Source: Octopus vulgaris (lineage: Eukaryota). From it: a DNA stretch of 64,000 bases. The DNA lies in the NCBI GenBank assembly GCA_951406725.2, contig OX597823.1, positions 94,798,001-94,862,000 of the forward strand, read 5' to 3'. The notes under the pieces were generated by a model. The model saw only the letters and a list, made by a program, of their open reading frames with translations. It did not search any database and was not told the DNA's origin. Both the position numbers and the translations under genes were made by a program. This document shows, piece after piece, positions 1 to 14,334 of the stretch. Each line of letters opens with the position of its first letter. The first letter of the stretch is position 1.

Positions 1-3000
1 AGCTTTCTTTTTTTTTTTAAACCCCAGGTCAGTCCTTAATTAGGCAAAGGACCTGATCAAAGGCGCCCTAGCCTCGACTATTCTCCTTTTTTGTATAGCA
101 GGGACTACATTGTCCAATGTGTCCCTCCCCACCTGCTTTGAAGGCATTAACCCTTTAGCACTTAAAACTGACATTATCCGGCCCAAATAATGTTCAAGTT
201 GACTAGATCCAGCTTCTCACACCTACCCTACAGTGTCATTCTAAAAATAAACAATCACCTCATCAAAATCTCAAAGCCATGAGATAATTCTATGATTAAT
301 TCAAAACAATCTGAATAAATAAGCATTACATTTGACAGAGCAATCCGACACTAAAGTGATTTGGCTGCTGTTTCTTGCAGGTTGAGCAACCATGCAGAGA
401 CTCTTTGTTGGTTCATACTTGGGGGAATTTTGGCATTTAAGTGGTAGTTGTTTGGTTTTCCCAATGATAGAATTAACCACCTGGACAGTGTTTATGGCTT
501 CCTAATCAAATCTTACGGTTGATCTTTTGTTGTTATCTAGGTCAAGGTCTCTTCTGATTAAGCAAATCTATTCCATAAAGGTCGCCAGACAAATAATGGA
601 GTGTAGACTCATAAATCTATTGCTCTGGTAGAAACGTTAGCGTGCCGGGTGAAATGCTTAGCGGTATTTCGTCTGTCGTTATGTTCCGAGTTCAAATTCT
701 GCCGAGGTCGACTTTGCCTTTCATCCTTTTGGGGTCGATAAATAAAGTACTAGTTTTGCTCTGGGGTCGATGTAATTGACTTAATCCATTTGTCTGTCCT
801 TGTTTGTCCCCTCTATGTTTAGCCCTTTGTTGGCAGTAAAGAAATATATACTATATCTACACCTACCCTTTCCCCATCCTTCTCTAGCTCGTTTCACCTG
901 CCCACTCTTACGTTTGGCCCCCTTTGCCATTGCCAATCCCACCCTTCCTAATGCTCTCATCCCTTCCACTCTTCCACCCACTCAAGTCTTTCTGATGTCG
1001 TTGTTCTCTCCCCTCCTTGGTCACCTGTGTGAATGTATACACCTTAATTTGTGGACTCTCTATCCCTACACTTACACCTCTACCACCTCTCAAACACCCA
1101 TTTCTGGTCTTTCTGTCTTCATTGTTTCTCTCTTCTTTTCCACCTCAGTCTACTCACTTTAGGTCCCCTCCTGGATACTCCCTGTATTTATTTATTTATT
1201 TTTGGTTTAATCTAAAGTGAAAGGAGAGCACCTGTAACCTTTACATCGTTGATTGAAAAAGATTCTAATCCTCTGCTCTCCACAGTCCCAAGCAGTAACT
1301 ACTATGCCATTTCCTCTAAATAGCCCAGATGAGAGTCTATGTCCGTAGCTGGTCCTTCCAGTAAACAACACAGCTTCCTGATTTGTTGTTTATGGGGCCA
1401 GATCCATTTTGTATCTAATGGCGGGAGGCCTCAGCTGGTGAGTAACTTCTAGCTGGGCCCTCTAATAAACAGTTGCATTATTCAAGGGAACATGAAGTAG
1501 GGTGCGAGGCTATTGTATTAACCTCTGATTAGAAACCTGATCACTTGATCAAAATGCATCTAACAGAATGGGTTACACTAAATGCCATGTGGTGGCATTA
1601 AATCTCAACTGACAGATTAGGTCTGTCTTTTTCTCTTGTGACCAAATATTCTATTTGGAGTCAGTTGGAATCAATTAATGAAAGAATTTTTTCTTATAAT
1701 TTGAAGAGGTTTTTAGGGTGCAGGTGAATAATGTAGTTTTTATTGGGTTTGTGGATGAGACAGCTTGTTCCAGTGGCAGACTGGCAAGGTTGCCAGCTTG
1801 CCCGATGGCAAGTGGGCCCCTGCGCTATTAGAATCTATACATGAGGGCCCGTGTTAGTATCTAAGTTTGAGAGTTTTTTTTATTCACTCCTGGAAGAATG
1901 CCTTAATTATTTCAGCTTGGCTGTGTTTGTAGACAGTTGGAAAGAATACTTTTAACAAAACAAAAATTAAATGATAGCATTGTAGTTGCGGGTGGGTCCC
2001 CTTAGTCTCCTGGCAACCAATATTTTTAGACCCAGTCTGCCACTACTTGTTTCATTTGGGAATTGTCCAGCTGTGGATTAATAAAATGGTTCTTGAAACT
2101 GTTTGGACTGGCAGAAGCTGCAATCAATGGCAATGGGGAAAATTTAATTCTTCTTGTTGGAGATTGCACTGACCTGTGATCAAAGACAATCAAACTATGA
2201 CCATCCCATCTTTTAGTGAGACCTGATGCTTCTAGGACCATTTTATCTTGTATAGCCTCCCCACGTATGTTTTAGAAGGTTGTAGAGTGTGACTTAAGGG
2301 AGATTTGGTTGTTTCTCATGGGTTGAAGCTCTCTAACTGGTTGTTGCAACATTTCCAGCAAACATACATACAAATGAGAGAGAGAGAGAGAGAGAGAGAA
2401 CAAACGAACGGATGCTGTAAGCATGAGACGTTACTGAATAAGTATAAATATAATAAAGACAATCTCTTGCTCCTTTCCCTGTCCCAGATAAAGGGGGGAA
2501 AGAGAGAGGGAGGGAGAGAGAGAAGGGGGTAAGCTGTAGCCATGAGAGTCTGCCAAATAAAAAGTATAACTGACCTAGAGAACCTATATTCAATAAAGCC
2601 GTTTGCTTTATTTCCATTCCTACCAGCAGATCTCCAGTAAAAGTCCAGATGTCGATCAGTTGAATAAAGAGGAATAAAGTAATTAACTAACTTGAAATTA
2701 GAAAAAGCTGTTGGTTCTTTAGTGCTAACGAAGTACTGGAAGCCCCAGGTTTGTTTAGTGTTGTATCAGTCACTAACCTAACAGTAAGTTTATACAAGAA
2801 CATTACCATTAGTGGCTGGTGGCGGAATTTCATTATATCCTATTACAGATTAATAGAGATTTGCCAGAGGGGCAGAATTTTTAGAGTTCCTCAGCTAATG
2901 ATCTAATTAATGAAGACATTAGGAAGTAGAAAGAGCTATGAGCAGAGCTAATAGAGGATGAAAGCGGATGAGAAGTTTGGGAGGTTAATTTGCTGCCAGG

Positions 3001-3280
3001 GATGGAGAATTGAATATAAGCAGCTTTGTCTTTTGTTTGAGAATAAGGAAAGGAGAAATAGTGTTGTTGTTGTTGTTGCTTGGGCTGGCAGCAAGTAAAT
3101 GGATGGGGGAGTGGTTTTGGGTTGAAATTTGGTTTGGTGCCACTGATGATGTACTTTTGGTGACATGCACTTCAAAAGAAGTACAAGAAAAATTGTGGAG
3201 AACTCTTGTTTTACATATATAATCACAAGAGCAGGATTTTATGGGAATCTATACTATTGTGGTTGTCAATCCCTGCTCCT

Positions 3281-3319
3281 CATCATCCCCATCATCATCA
3301 CCATCACCATCATCATCAC

Positions 3320-3369
<50 letters not shown>

Positions 3370-3430
3370 CCACCATCATCATCATCACCACCACCACCAC
3401 CCTCCTCATCCTCCTCCTCCTCCTCATCAT
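3281..3430. repeat. (CAT/CAC/CTC)n trinucleotide microsatellite
   Basis: Direct repeat; adjoins a minus-strand RTE terminal fragment, probably its expanded (GAT)n tail. Confidence 0.9.
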
Positions 3431-5069
3431 TTTGCATTTGCTTTCAATGCTGGCATGGGTTGGACAGCTCAACATGGCCTGAGTCACATCCCCCACCCCA
3501 TTAAAAGCTCCTCCCAAACATTAGGTGCTCATATGTGTCATTCGGCTTGGTATTTTGATGGTTGGATGCCTTTCCTAATGCCAGCCATAATCATGCAGTC
3601 TTCTTTTTCGAAAAAGTGTATCTAGAACTGCATTATCTAGTGTCTCCTTTCTTTTCTTTCTTTAAAGTGGTTAACATGATGTGAAGGAGATTTAGCTGCT
3701 ATTTCTAACAAACAACTGCATAAAACAGTGGTTCTTAACTGGGGTCCATATAAGATTTTTTTGGATACACAGCATTTTAAGAGACCATGAAAAAATTTCA
3801 CTGTTAATATATATATATTGCAAGAAAGAGGTGGGTTTCTTTCTCTGACATTTCACAAAGTTCAGCTTTATATGAGAGAACGTCTGATAAACAAAATAGG
3901 AATTTTGAAAGAATTATCTATAAAACTAGTTTTTAAACATCAAATGGCGGTGGGGGGGGGGGGGGTCAGAATAAAATAGTAATAAGGGGCACCAAGAGAT
4001 TAAAAAAAGAAAATGGCTGAGAACCAGTGGCAAAGAGGTTTCCCATTAGCCAGCCCTTATTCGGTAGATCTCTCATCAAAAGTCTTCCAGACATAATCCT
4101 TTCATCTTTATTTTTTTTTTTAAGACCCTATTATTATTATTTAATTTTTTACCTTTTATTATGATGAAAGGGTTATTTGAGGATTATTTAGCTGCTATTT
4201 TTAACATGTCAAGCAGAAGGTTTCCTATTGGTTCATCACTCACTGAGATATCAAGGTGTGTATGAATGAATTATAAGGGAAATATCCAAACAATATTTAA
4301 GGTTTCTAAAAGAAGGGCCAGAAGTGATCCTGGAATACTTTCCTGGAAATGTATTTTAGAATTCATCAAGACCCCGCCCTCCCCAAATACTTCTTAAAAC
4401 CATCAATGTTCACCATAGTACTTTAAACTATAAAACAAGATGGTGTGGCTGTGGGGTAAGAAGTTTGCATCCCAGCCACATGCTTATGGGTTCAATCTGT
4501 AACAAGTCAACTAAAGCCTTGTGAGTGGATTTGGAAGAGGGGAAACAGAAAGAAGCCTATCACACATATATATATGTGTGTGTGTGTGTCTGTGTGTGTG
4601 TGTGTGTTTGTCTCCCACCATCGCTTGACAAACGGTGTTGGTGTGTTTACATCCCTGCAACATAGACACCAATACGATAAGTATCAGACTTTAACAAAAA
4701 GGTCCTGGGTTTATTTCATTCAACTAAAAATTCTTGAAAGCAGTACTCCAGCATGGCCATAGTCTAATGACTGAACTAAGTAAAAGATGTCTAGTTAATT
4801 AGATTCCTAACCAACTGTTGCTGTTTTCTTCAGTTTCTTACCTGTTCTGCTGCCAGTTAAGTGAAGCACACATGAACAGAGATGAGAAAATCCTGACTTT
4901 GATTATTGTAATCTTGAAACTTTTGGAATTATTCTATTGGACAATAAGACTGAACTAGATTGGTAAAATAAGTACCAGTCATGTACTGGAGTCAATGTAA
5001 TTAACTACACTTGCCTCCTTAAAGTTGCTGGCGTTGTGCCAAAATTTGCAGCATTATCAGTCTTTTTGT

Positions 5070-5290
5070 ATTATTATTATTATTTAGTAGTTTTATTTTT
5101 ATAACGTGCTTTTACTTCACTACTGAGCGCAGCTCTGTGTGCCTTGGGTGTGTATTATGGTTTGTTATGGTGCTGTAGTAGTGCCTTTTCTGTATGTTAT
5201 GTATATTTGTAAGTCCTAGTGTTTTTGTTATGTATTTGTCTGAATATTTTTTTATCATACCTAATGCACCTACTATGATAGGAATTGTTT
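5070..5290 (-). mobile_element. 3' end of a restriction-endonuclease-type non-LTR retroelement with (TAA)n tail
   Basis: Minus-strand TIPIIVGALGMIKK...LGL..IHNIQK resembles the RLE C-terminus. Confidence 0.55.
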
Positions 5291-7074
5291 CTTATTATTA
5301 TGATCAAGGTGAGCTGGCCAAATTGTTATCGCATTAGAAAAATTGCTAACCAGCATTTCTTTCCACTTTACGTTCTAAGTTCAAATTCTGCCATGGTCAA
5401 CTTGTATCCTTTCAGAGCTGATAAGTACCAGCTAAGAGCTCCCAAAATTGCTGGCCTTGTGTCAGAATTTGAAATCCTGATTATTGTCATCAAGGTGAGC
5501 CAGCAGAATGGTCAGCATGTCAGGCAAAATGCTTTTCAACATTTCGTTTGTCTTTTATGTTCTGAGTTCAAATTTTGCTGGGGTTGATTTTTGCCTTTCA
5601 ATAAGGACCCGTTGATCACTGGGGTTGATCTAATCAGCTTACCCCCATCCACCAATATTGCTAGCCTTGTACCAGAATTTGAAACCATTATTTCCAAACT
5701 GGCAGAACCATTAAAATGTGTCAGACAAAATGCTTTGTAGCATCTCTTCCAGCTCTTCATTTTCTGAGTTCAAATCCTACCGAGGTTGACTTAACTTGTC
5801 ATTCTTTCAGGGTTCATCATCATCATCCAGTGTTTTAAATCTAGACTTTGTCCCCATTAATGGGGGTGGCTGGATCTACCTCAATGCCATAGCAACCGAG
5901 GTAGGCAGGTGCAGCCCACTCCAACCTTTGGGCTGGCTGATGCCCATTCTCCCATGCTATCATTAGTCTTTTTTGGAGGTGGATTTTCTACGGGGAGTAT
6001 GCCCTTGCTTATCTCTAACCTCAGTTTCAAGACATGAGTGGTCCTGAGACCAAGGCCATGACCACGATTTTTAAGAAATGTGGTGGAAAACTAGCTCAGG
6101 AAGGCAGGGACGCTACTCCTTGAGACCCCTTTTGGAGGCCCTTTACCTATCAGGGTTGATAAAATATGCCAGATGAGCAATGGGTTCAATATAATAGACT
6201 TGTCCCCTCCTATGAAACTGCTGGCCTTGTGCCAAAATTTGAAATCATTATTATTATTATTACCAGCTAGTCCCATACCGTCAAAAATGATGATTAATTG
6301 TAGTATTTTATATATAAATATGGATGGTAAATCTGATTAATATACTTGTCAATGTTCACCTAGTCACATACCTCCCTTGTACATAGACACATATACACAC
6401 ACAGTTGAAACGCTGTTTGATTTTTCTTTTCAGCAGTGAATGTTCTCCATCCCACTAGTTTTCCATCACCCCTTCCTTTCTCATTCATATGTTGTGACGG
6501 AGAAAAACGCAAGAGTATTATTATAGTAGATTATGGAAAAGGGGGTGAGCTGGCAGAATTGTTAGCATGCCGGGCAAAATACTTAGCTGCATTTTATTGG
6601 TCTGCACGATTTGAGTTCAAATTCTGCCAAGGTTGACTTTGCCTTTCATCCTTTCAGGGTTGATAAATTAAGTAGCAGTGAAACACTGGGGACGATGTAA
6701 TCTACTTAATCCGTTTCTTTCAGTTTCCACAAATGTGTGTTTGTGTATATATCGTCCTCATTCAATGTCCATTGTCCATGCTGGCATAGGTTGGGCAGTT
6801 TGACCAGGGCTGGCAAGCTGGAAGGCTACAACAGATTCCAGTCTGATTTGGCATGGTTTCATCGGCTGGATGCCCTCCTTAATGCCAACCACTCTGAGAG
6901 TGAAATAGGTGTTTTTATGTGCCACCGGCATGGCAGCCATTTGTGTGACACTGGTATCTGCTACGACCACGATTTTACTTGGCTTGAAGGGTCTTCTTCT
7001 CAAGCAGCATGGCATAATGCCAAAGTTCTCAGTCATCTGTCATTGCCTCCGTGAGGCCCAACAATTTGAAATAA

Positions 7075-7083
7075 ATGTATGTT

Positions 7084-7117
<34 letters not shown>

Positions 7118-7290
7118 CACGCATGCATACATACATACATACATACATACATACACACATGCATACACATGCATGCATACATACATACATACACACACAC
7201 ATGCATACACACACATGCATGCATACATGCATACACACACACATGCATACACACACATGCATACACACACACATTGTATGTGTGTATCAG
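7075..7290. repeat. Compound (TA)n/(CATA)n/(CA)n microsatellite
   Basis: Direct observation. Confidence 0.9.
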
Positions 7291-9069
7291 ACATAAAAAG
7301 AATGTGGATTGTCTTCCGTTGTCTCCACTGATTGTTGTCATCTTGTTTACCATTTCAATGGTTTGATGTTGTTAAACGGTACTTTATAGTTTTAGTAGTG
7401 ACCAACCATTACTTCAGATTGATTTTTGTTTTATTGATTATGTTAAAATATGTTATTCCTTGGTTGTGTGATATAGATTTTTGAATTATGGATTAGCTGA
7501 AGATAATCTGTTCCTAATGGAGTTTGCGAGAGGATAATCATTAAAAAAATCAATACGTCTCTCTCTCATATATATATATATATGGCAGCCAAGAACAAAA
7601 CGAATTACAGAAAAACAAATTAATTTTAAAAAGCAGCATCGTACTCTAAACAAAATGTCATTCACATTTAACCGGTTTTGTTTAAATATCTGAACTGAAG
7701 AATTAATATCATTACATGTTGCTATTTCTGGACCACTGTTTCCATTTTGGTTTGTTAAGGTCACTAGCTTTTGGTCCTTGTAACCCCTTGGACTTCTGTC
7801 ATCTATTGCCTTTGGTGATTTTCTCAGGGTATTATATAAATGGTTATCCTTTTACCTGCCATGTCACTTGCTCTCTCTGCTTGAAATGAAGTGTTTTATA
7901 TATATATATATATATATAAATTTTATTCTGTTACTGGTTTCAGTCATTTGACTGACAATACTGGAGAACCACATTTTAGTTGAGCAAAGCGACCCCGGGA
8001 CTTATTCTTTGTAAGCCTAGAACTTATTCTATCGCTCTCTTTTTGCCGAACTGCTGAGTTACAGGGACGTAAACACACCACCATCAGATGTCAAGCAATG
8101 TTGGTCAGACACACACACATACGACGGGCTTCATTCAGTTTCTATCTTCCAGATCCACTCACAAGGCTTTGGTCAGTCCGAGGTTATAGAAGACACTTGC
8201 CCAAGGTGCCAGTGGTTGGTAAGCAAGCTAATTACCACACAGCCACTCCTATGCATATATATATATATATATATATAATATATGTGTAGGTGTGAAAATG
8301 TTGGGATGGGAATTGGTCAGTGCTGGTGTGTTGTGATGTGAAGTGTTGTGTGGTATGGTGTAGTGTGGTGTGGTGTGATGGTATTGGGAAGAAGTACAGG
8401 TGGGGTGTGGGTTAGGCTGAGGGTTGGGGTAGAGGTGGGGTATGTGGGAGAGGGTGTAAGGGATGGGATGGGGTGGGATGGAAAGGATAGGGAAGGTGGG
8501 GTAGGAATGTGTAGGGGTGGTATTGGCATATGGGGAGGGTTGACAATGAAGAGGGAAGGAGAAGGTGGGTATGAGAGAAGAGAGAGAGTAGCGGTGAAGA
8601 GAAGTAGGAGTTGGAGCAAGAGAGGAGTGGTGGGTGGGAGGAAGTAGGAGGGAGAGGGAGAGTTGAGTCCATGTGGGGCAAAGACAGAAGATTAATCCCT
8701 GTTCACAGCTCAAAGGGGAGTCTGGATGGCCTCTGTGCAAGGACAGTCTGTATATGTTATCTGTCTGGCATTTTTCTCAAACATTCCTTATAAGCATTGT
8801 CTTCCTATTGAGGAAGTGGACATATGGGACCAGTTCTCTGCCATCAGGCTGGCTCTCCATTTCACCTGACCACTCTTTCTCCATCTGACAATCTCCTCAC
8901 CTTCAGGAATTTTAGTTGAATGAAGTGACTCCACTGCTTATACTGTTGAACTCTTTTGCTGAACCACTTAGAGGGACATAAACACACCAACTTTGGTTAT
9001 CAGGTGGTGGTGGAGAACAAGCAGTCACACATAGATATATACATATATGACAAGTTTCTTTCAGTTTCT

Positions 9070-9292
9070 TAATTCTTTATTGCCCACAAGGGGCTAAACA
9101 TTGAGGGGACAAACAAGGACAAGGGATTAAGTCGATTACATTGACCCCAGTGCGTAACTGGTACTTATTTAATCGACCCCGAAAGGATGAAAGGCAAAGT
9201 CGACCACGGCAGAATTTGAACTCGGAACGTAACGGCAGACGAAATACCGCTAAGCACTTCGCCCGGTGTGAAAACGATTCTGCCAGCTCGCC
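9070..9292 (-). mobile_element. SINE family A with 16-bp TSD, inserted in a family B SINE
   Basis: TSD gtttctttcagtttct at 9054 and 9293. Confidence 0.9.
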
Positions 9293-11229
9293 GTTTCTTT
9301 CAGTTTCTGTTTACCAAATCCACTCTCAAGGCTTTGGTCAGCCCAAGGCTATAGTAGAAGACACTTGCCCATGGTGCTACACAGTGGGACCGAACCCAGA
9401 ACCACTTGGTTGGGAAGTAACTTGGTTTCCTTTAGTTACCAATTCAGATGATGATGATGATACATTCATTAAACTACCACCACCAGCTCTACCATTACCG
9501 CCACCATCACCACCACCTACTGCGGTGGAGGTATACTATTTATATTTCCCAATTATACAGCATGTATCTTCATTGTGTCTTTTCTATATTTCTATAATCA
9601 CTGCTCCGATGAACTTTCTGGTCTAGTAACCTCTGTCAGCACCTTTTAAATGTGTCACCCGCTTCTTTTCCCTGGCGCATCAATTCTCTGTTGTGCTTCG
9701 TGTTAGTCACAAGCCCTTCTGTTCTCATGGCTTCTTTCTTCAAATTGCTGCTTCCTGGAACTCCCTTTCTCTCTGCTCCATGTTATCCATTCCTTTAAAC
9801 CTTTAGGCATTCAGATTTACTCCGTCAAATCTAATCCTTATTTAGTCACAGTTTTGAATGAATCGTGCATTATCTTGTAGCTTTGAGATTTTAATGATGT
9901 GATTGCTTATTTTTAGACTGGATAATCCTTTCCACTTCAGGCACAAAGCTTGGAATTGTGGGGAAGGGTATTAGTTAATTACATCAATCCCAGTGCTCAA
10001 CTGGTACTCATTTTATCAACCCTGAGAGGATGAAAGGCAGAGTATACCTTGGTGGAATTTGAACTCAGAACGTATAAACAGATGAAATGCCACTAAGCAT
10101 TTTGCCTCGTGTGCTAGTGATTCTGCCAGCTTGTTACCTTTTTAATGACGATGATGATAACGATGATTATGATGATGATGTTTTCTACCTTTTTGTTAGT
10201 GAAGCACCCACTACAATCTCAGAGTGGTTGGCATTAGGAAGGGCATCCAGCTGTAGAAACTTTGCCAGATCAGATTGGATCCTGGTACAGCTTCCCAGGA
10301 CTTGCTAGTCCCCTGTCAAACCATCCAACTCATGCCAGCATGGAAAGCAGACGTTAAACAATGATGATGACCAGCATTTAGCTGATCAATATTTATTTTA
10401 TCGACTCCCAAAAGCTAAGTCAGTTTCGGTGTACTTCCAGGAGGTGAATCTAAATGATGGTTCCTAATACAAGCATAACAAGTTTCAAAATTTTTTGTGA
10501 CAGGGGGATAGGGTGGAGGGCACAGGGGAATAAGTCAACTCCCAGCACTCCTACCGATTCCATTAACCTCCATAGAAAGGAAAGATGAAGTACAGTATCA
10601 ACCTTGGTAGGATTTGAACTCAGAACGTTAAAGAATGTTACCAATTACTCTAAGACATTTTGCCTTCTATGGTACTAATTGTGCTGATCTACCTTCTTAA
10701 TTAGAACCATAATGATTTCTAACATTATTTGTAATGTCTTTTATTTGCCACAGGGGCATCAGGTGAGAGAAACATTACAAGGGTGGTTGTCAATTTGTGT
10801 AGAGGAAGAAACGAAATGGAAATTAGATGTAGTGTAGAAAATATGTGACCCCCATAGATGATACAACTCTGATAAAGGAGAGTCTCTAAGGTCAACCAAA
10901 GAACCCCACAAATCCAAGGTCATCGCTTCTCCCATTTGCACAATCCATCACTCACCTGTTCTTCTCCAATCCACAGGTGCATTCATTCTGACCGTTTTTG
11001 CTACAGTCACCTACCTTTCGACAAATTCACTTAAAGCTAGAAACCAAGTGCGAGGAGTGGGTGGGGGGAACAGTTGATTAAATCAACCCCAGTAGTTGAC
11101 AGGTACTTTGTTTTATCAAACCCTGATTGATAAAAGGCAAAAGTGACCGTGGTAGGATTTGAACTCAGCAATAATAATAATGCTCTAATTTAGTTGTAAG
11201 GTCAGCAATTTTAAGAGGAGGGGGTTATT

Positions 11230-11630
11230 CTTTTATTTGTTTCAGTCATTTGACTGTGGCCATGCTGGAGCACTGCCTTTAGTCGAACAAATCGACCCCA
11301 GGACTTATTGTTTGTAAGCCTAGTACTTATTCTATCGGTCTCTTTTTCTGAACCGCTAAGTTACAGGGAGGTAAACACACCAGCATCAGTTGTCAAGTGA
11401 TGTTAGGGGGACAAACATATACATACATGCACACACACACATATATATATATATATACACACACACATATACAACGGGCTTCTTTCAGTTTCTACCTACC
11501 AAATCCACTCACAAGGCTTTGGTTGGCCCAAGGCTATAGTAGAAGACACTAGCCCAAGGTGCCACACAGTGGAACTGAACCGGGAACCATGTACTTGGTA
11601 AGCAAGCTACTTATCACACAGCCACTCCTG
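11230..11630 (-). mobile_element. tRNA-derived SINE family B (CORE-like CCTTGGGCAAGT); copies at ~4440, 7925, 13310, 13740, 16090, 50310, 51330
   Basis: GTGGCTGTGTGGTAAG head, GGTTCAGTCCC B box, central (TA/TG)n, GACTGAAACAAGTAAAAGA-type tail. Confidence 0.85.
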
Positions 11631-11850
11631 CACATATTCAATTTTATGGCCCAACTACTTGACCTTGACGAAAGACACACTTGACCTTGGTGGAAGTTGA
11701 ACTGTGAATGTAAAATGCAGTAAACAGCTGTTTTAGACAACACTCAATGCCTTAACATCTTTTAATACTTAGAAGGGAATGGCTTTTAACTATTTCCCTC
11801 CTCCAGTCTACTTCATGTTTTTATTTGGATTTCTCTGTGATTATTTTCAG

Positions 11851-11912
11851 CCAATTTAGAATTTATACAACGATTGAAATTGGAAAGAAAACTTGAATTT
11901 CACAGTGGCTGT
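11851..11912 (+). CDS. DCAF6: DCAF6 coding exon (first in window): NLEFIQRLKLERKLEFHSGC
   Basis: ttttcag acceptor, GTGAGT donor; 62 nt; resembles DCAF6 N-terminal EFIQRLKLE...HxGC; in frame with next exon. Confidence 0.9.
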
Positions 11913-12027
11913 GTGAGTATGCAATCTTCTTTGTCTTCTTCTCTGTCCATTTTTGCTGTTGTTGTTGTTCAAGTTTACTTTGTGACCAAGGGTTTGCAAT
12001 GGTGACAATCATTATTTTAATTTTTTT

Positions 12028-12390
12028 TATTACCTCCGCTTTTGCTAAGATGGAGGCATTGTTTTCAGCCATCTTTGTTTGTCTGTGGATAAGATACCTC
12101 AAGAACCGTTGGATGGATTTGGATGAAACTTCCAGGGATGTTTGGCCTCGTGACTGGCATAAACTGATTAGATTTTGGGATCGATCCGGTACCAGACTAG
12201 GATTCTGGATTATTTTTCCTGTTCTTTTTTTTACGTAATTTTTGAGAGCAGTCAGGTTCATTTTTAGTATTCTCATTTGTGAGAGCAGTTGAGTTTATTT
12301 CAGATATTCTCATTTTAAAAATCCTCTCTGGCTAATCGTTGAGAGGACATTGGTGTTGCCTTGGTGGAGGTTTGCACTCTAAGTTTCTTG
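12028..12390 (+). mobile_element. Helentron/HINE-like repeat; further copies ~29820-30105 and 30948-31305
   Basis: TTATTACCTCCGC start and CCTTGG(C/T)GGAGGT subterminal inverted repeat; (TTTG/TCTG) tract; three similar copies. Confidence 0.6.
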
Positions 12391-12529
12391 TTGTTGTTGT
12401 TATTATTACATTGTTGATGCTCCAGTTTTGGTCTTGTTGATGAACCTAGTTTTCAGTGGCAAAAACACTGAACATAATCAGAAAAATATCCCTGAGAGAT
12501 GCTTAACTCCTTCCCTACTCTGGGACCCC

Positions 12530-12815
12530 ATTGGTTATGACAACAAGGGGTGCATTTGATCTGATCAGTAGAACAACCTGCTTGTGAAATTAACGTTCAA
12601 GTGGCTGAGCACTCCACAGACTCGTGTGCCCTTAATATAGTTCTGAGGGAGATTCAGCATGAGACACAGAATTGGACAACTCATTTTTGCCAGCTGAATG
12701 GACTGGAACTGGATGAAATAAAGTGTCTTGCTCAAGGATACAAGGCACTGCCAGGAATTGAACTCACAACCTCACAACTGTGTGCCCAATACCATAACCA
12801 TTTGGCCACATACCT
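12530..12815 (-). mobile_element. tRNA-derived SINE (fourth family); related copy ~27575-27980
   Basis: Minus strand GTGGCCAAATGGTTA, GAGTTCAATTCC, CCTTGAGCAAGACAC; shared GGAGTGCTCAGCCACTTG tail. Confidence 0.65.
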
Positions 12816-13906
12816 TCACCCTTCCCTTTTCTAGGCTCAGTAAACACAGCTGCAATGCAGGATCCCTCACTTTCTGCTGTTCTGTGTAGTTTTTCCTCGT
12901 CTGTCATTACACCATTAATAAGGTCTTAAGAAGCAGATGGAAGGGAAATAGGGAAATACAGAGTGAAACATGTACAAGAGCCTCGTGGTGTGGGTGGGCC
13001 ACCTTTACACATTTACCAGGCAGTTTACATATTTTTGCAGGATTTTATAAATGTTAAAAAAATATCCACATGGACAATGTGTTTCCTGGAATTGGGTAAT
13101 TCTAAAGAAAAATAAAAAAAGAAAAGATTAAATGTAGATTTAATGATCTTTGAGTTGAGGCTATCACTTTCATTTTGGTCTCAGATTAAAAACCATATTG
13201 TTTGGCAGACAATGAGTTCCAAAGTCACACCTGAATTTTGTGCTGTGTTTGTGTTGTTGTTGTTGAGCATACACATACCTAATGGTGATGTATTTATATT
13301 TTAATATATCCTTTATCTTTTAATTGTTTCAGTCGTTAGACTGTGGCCATGCTGGGGCACTGTGTTGAAGAAATTTTAGCTGAATGAATCAACCCCTGTA
13401 CTTCCCTGTCTGTTTTAAACCAACTAGTTATTCTATCAGTCTCTTTTGCTGAACTGCTAAATTACAGGGATGTAAACATACCATCACTGGTTGTCATCAG
13501 TGGTATGGGACAAACACTGACACACACAGAGACATACACACACAGAAGATGGTCTTCTTTCAGTTTCCATCTATCAAATCCACTCACAAGGCTTTGGTTG
13601 GCTTGAAGCTATAGTAGAAGATATTTGCCCAGGGTGCCACACTGTAGGGCTGAACCTGGAACCATGTGGTTGGGAAGCAGACATCCTACCACGCAACCAT
13701 GCCTGCACCTATTTATCAACACACAGTATATCTTCAGTAGGCATGGCTGTGCGGTAAGAAGCTTGTTTTCTAACCACATGGTTCCAGGTTCAGTCCCACT
13801 ACATGGTACCTTGGGCAAGTGGCTTCTACTATATAGCCTGGGGATCACTAAAGCCTTGTGAATAAATTTGGTAGACAGAAACTGCAAGAATCCTGTCGTA
13901 TGCATA

Positions 13907-14298
13907 TCTATAATATAAATTGGACATGGGTGATTGTTGTATTCTTTTTTGTTTTGAGGTTCACAGGCAAACGGTTGGGTGGATTCATGTGGAGACGGGT
14001 GCATAGATTGGAATGCAGTTTGAATTTTTTTCCTAGCCCTCATACTTACTGAGAAAATCGATTAAAACATTTTCTAATGGAATTCCCCTCTTTCTTCCGC
14101 CATTAAAACAACCAGTTGCTTAGAAGCTGTTTTCTGACGTGATGGGGTCAGGAAATTTTCATTCAGCTGGAGGCTCCAATCGAAACAGGGGACTCGAAAT
14201 GATAAGGTTGAGAAACGCTGTTATAGATTATGCCTGACCGAAAACGATCACAGCCACATCATCCAAACAGACCGGGTGAAACCAGGCTTAGCTGCTAG
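13907..14298 (+). mobile_element. Non-autonomous Helitron-like element nested in a SINE
   Basis: A|TCTATAATATAAA start; subterminal CCGGGTGAAACCAGG hairpin; CTAG|T end. Confidence 0.65.

Positions 14299-14334
<36 letters not shown>

Noticed and set aside
3165-3625. Poly-His/Ile/Ser/Asp/Met ORFs
   Set aside because: Translations of a (CAT)n microsatellite in all frames; no splice or homology support
6909-7366. HT/YI/CV-rich ORFs
   Set aside because: Dinucleotide and tetranucleotide microsatellite translations
1-11850. First coding exon/promoter of DCAF6
   Set aside because: No ATG-containing phase-1 exon with recognisable similarity found; probably upstream of the window
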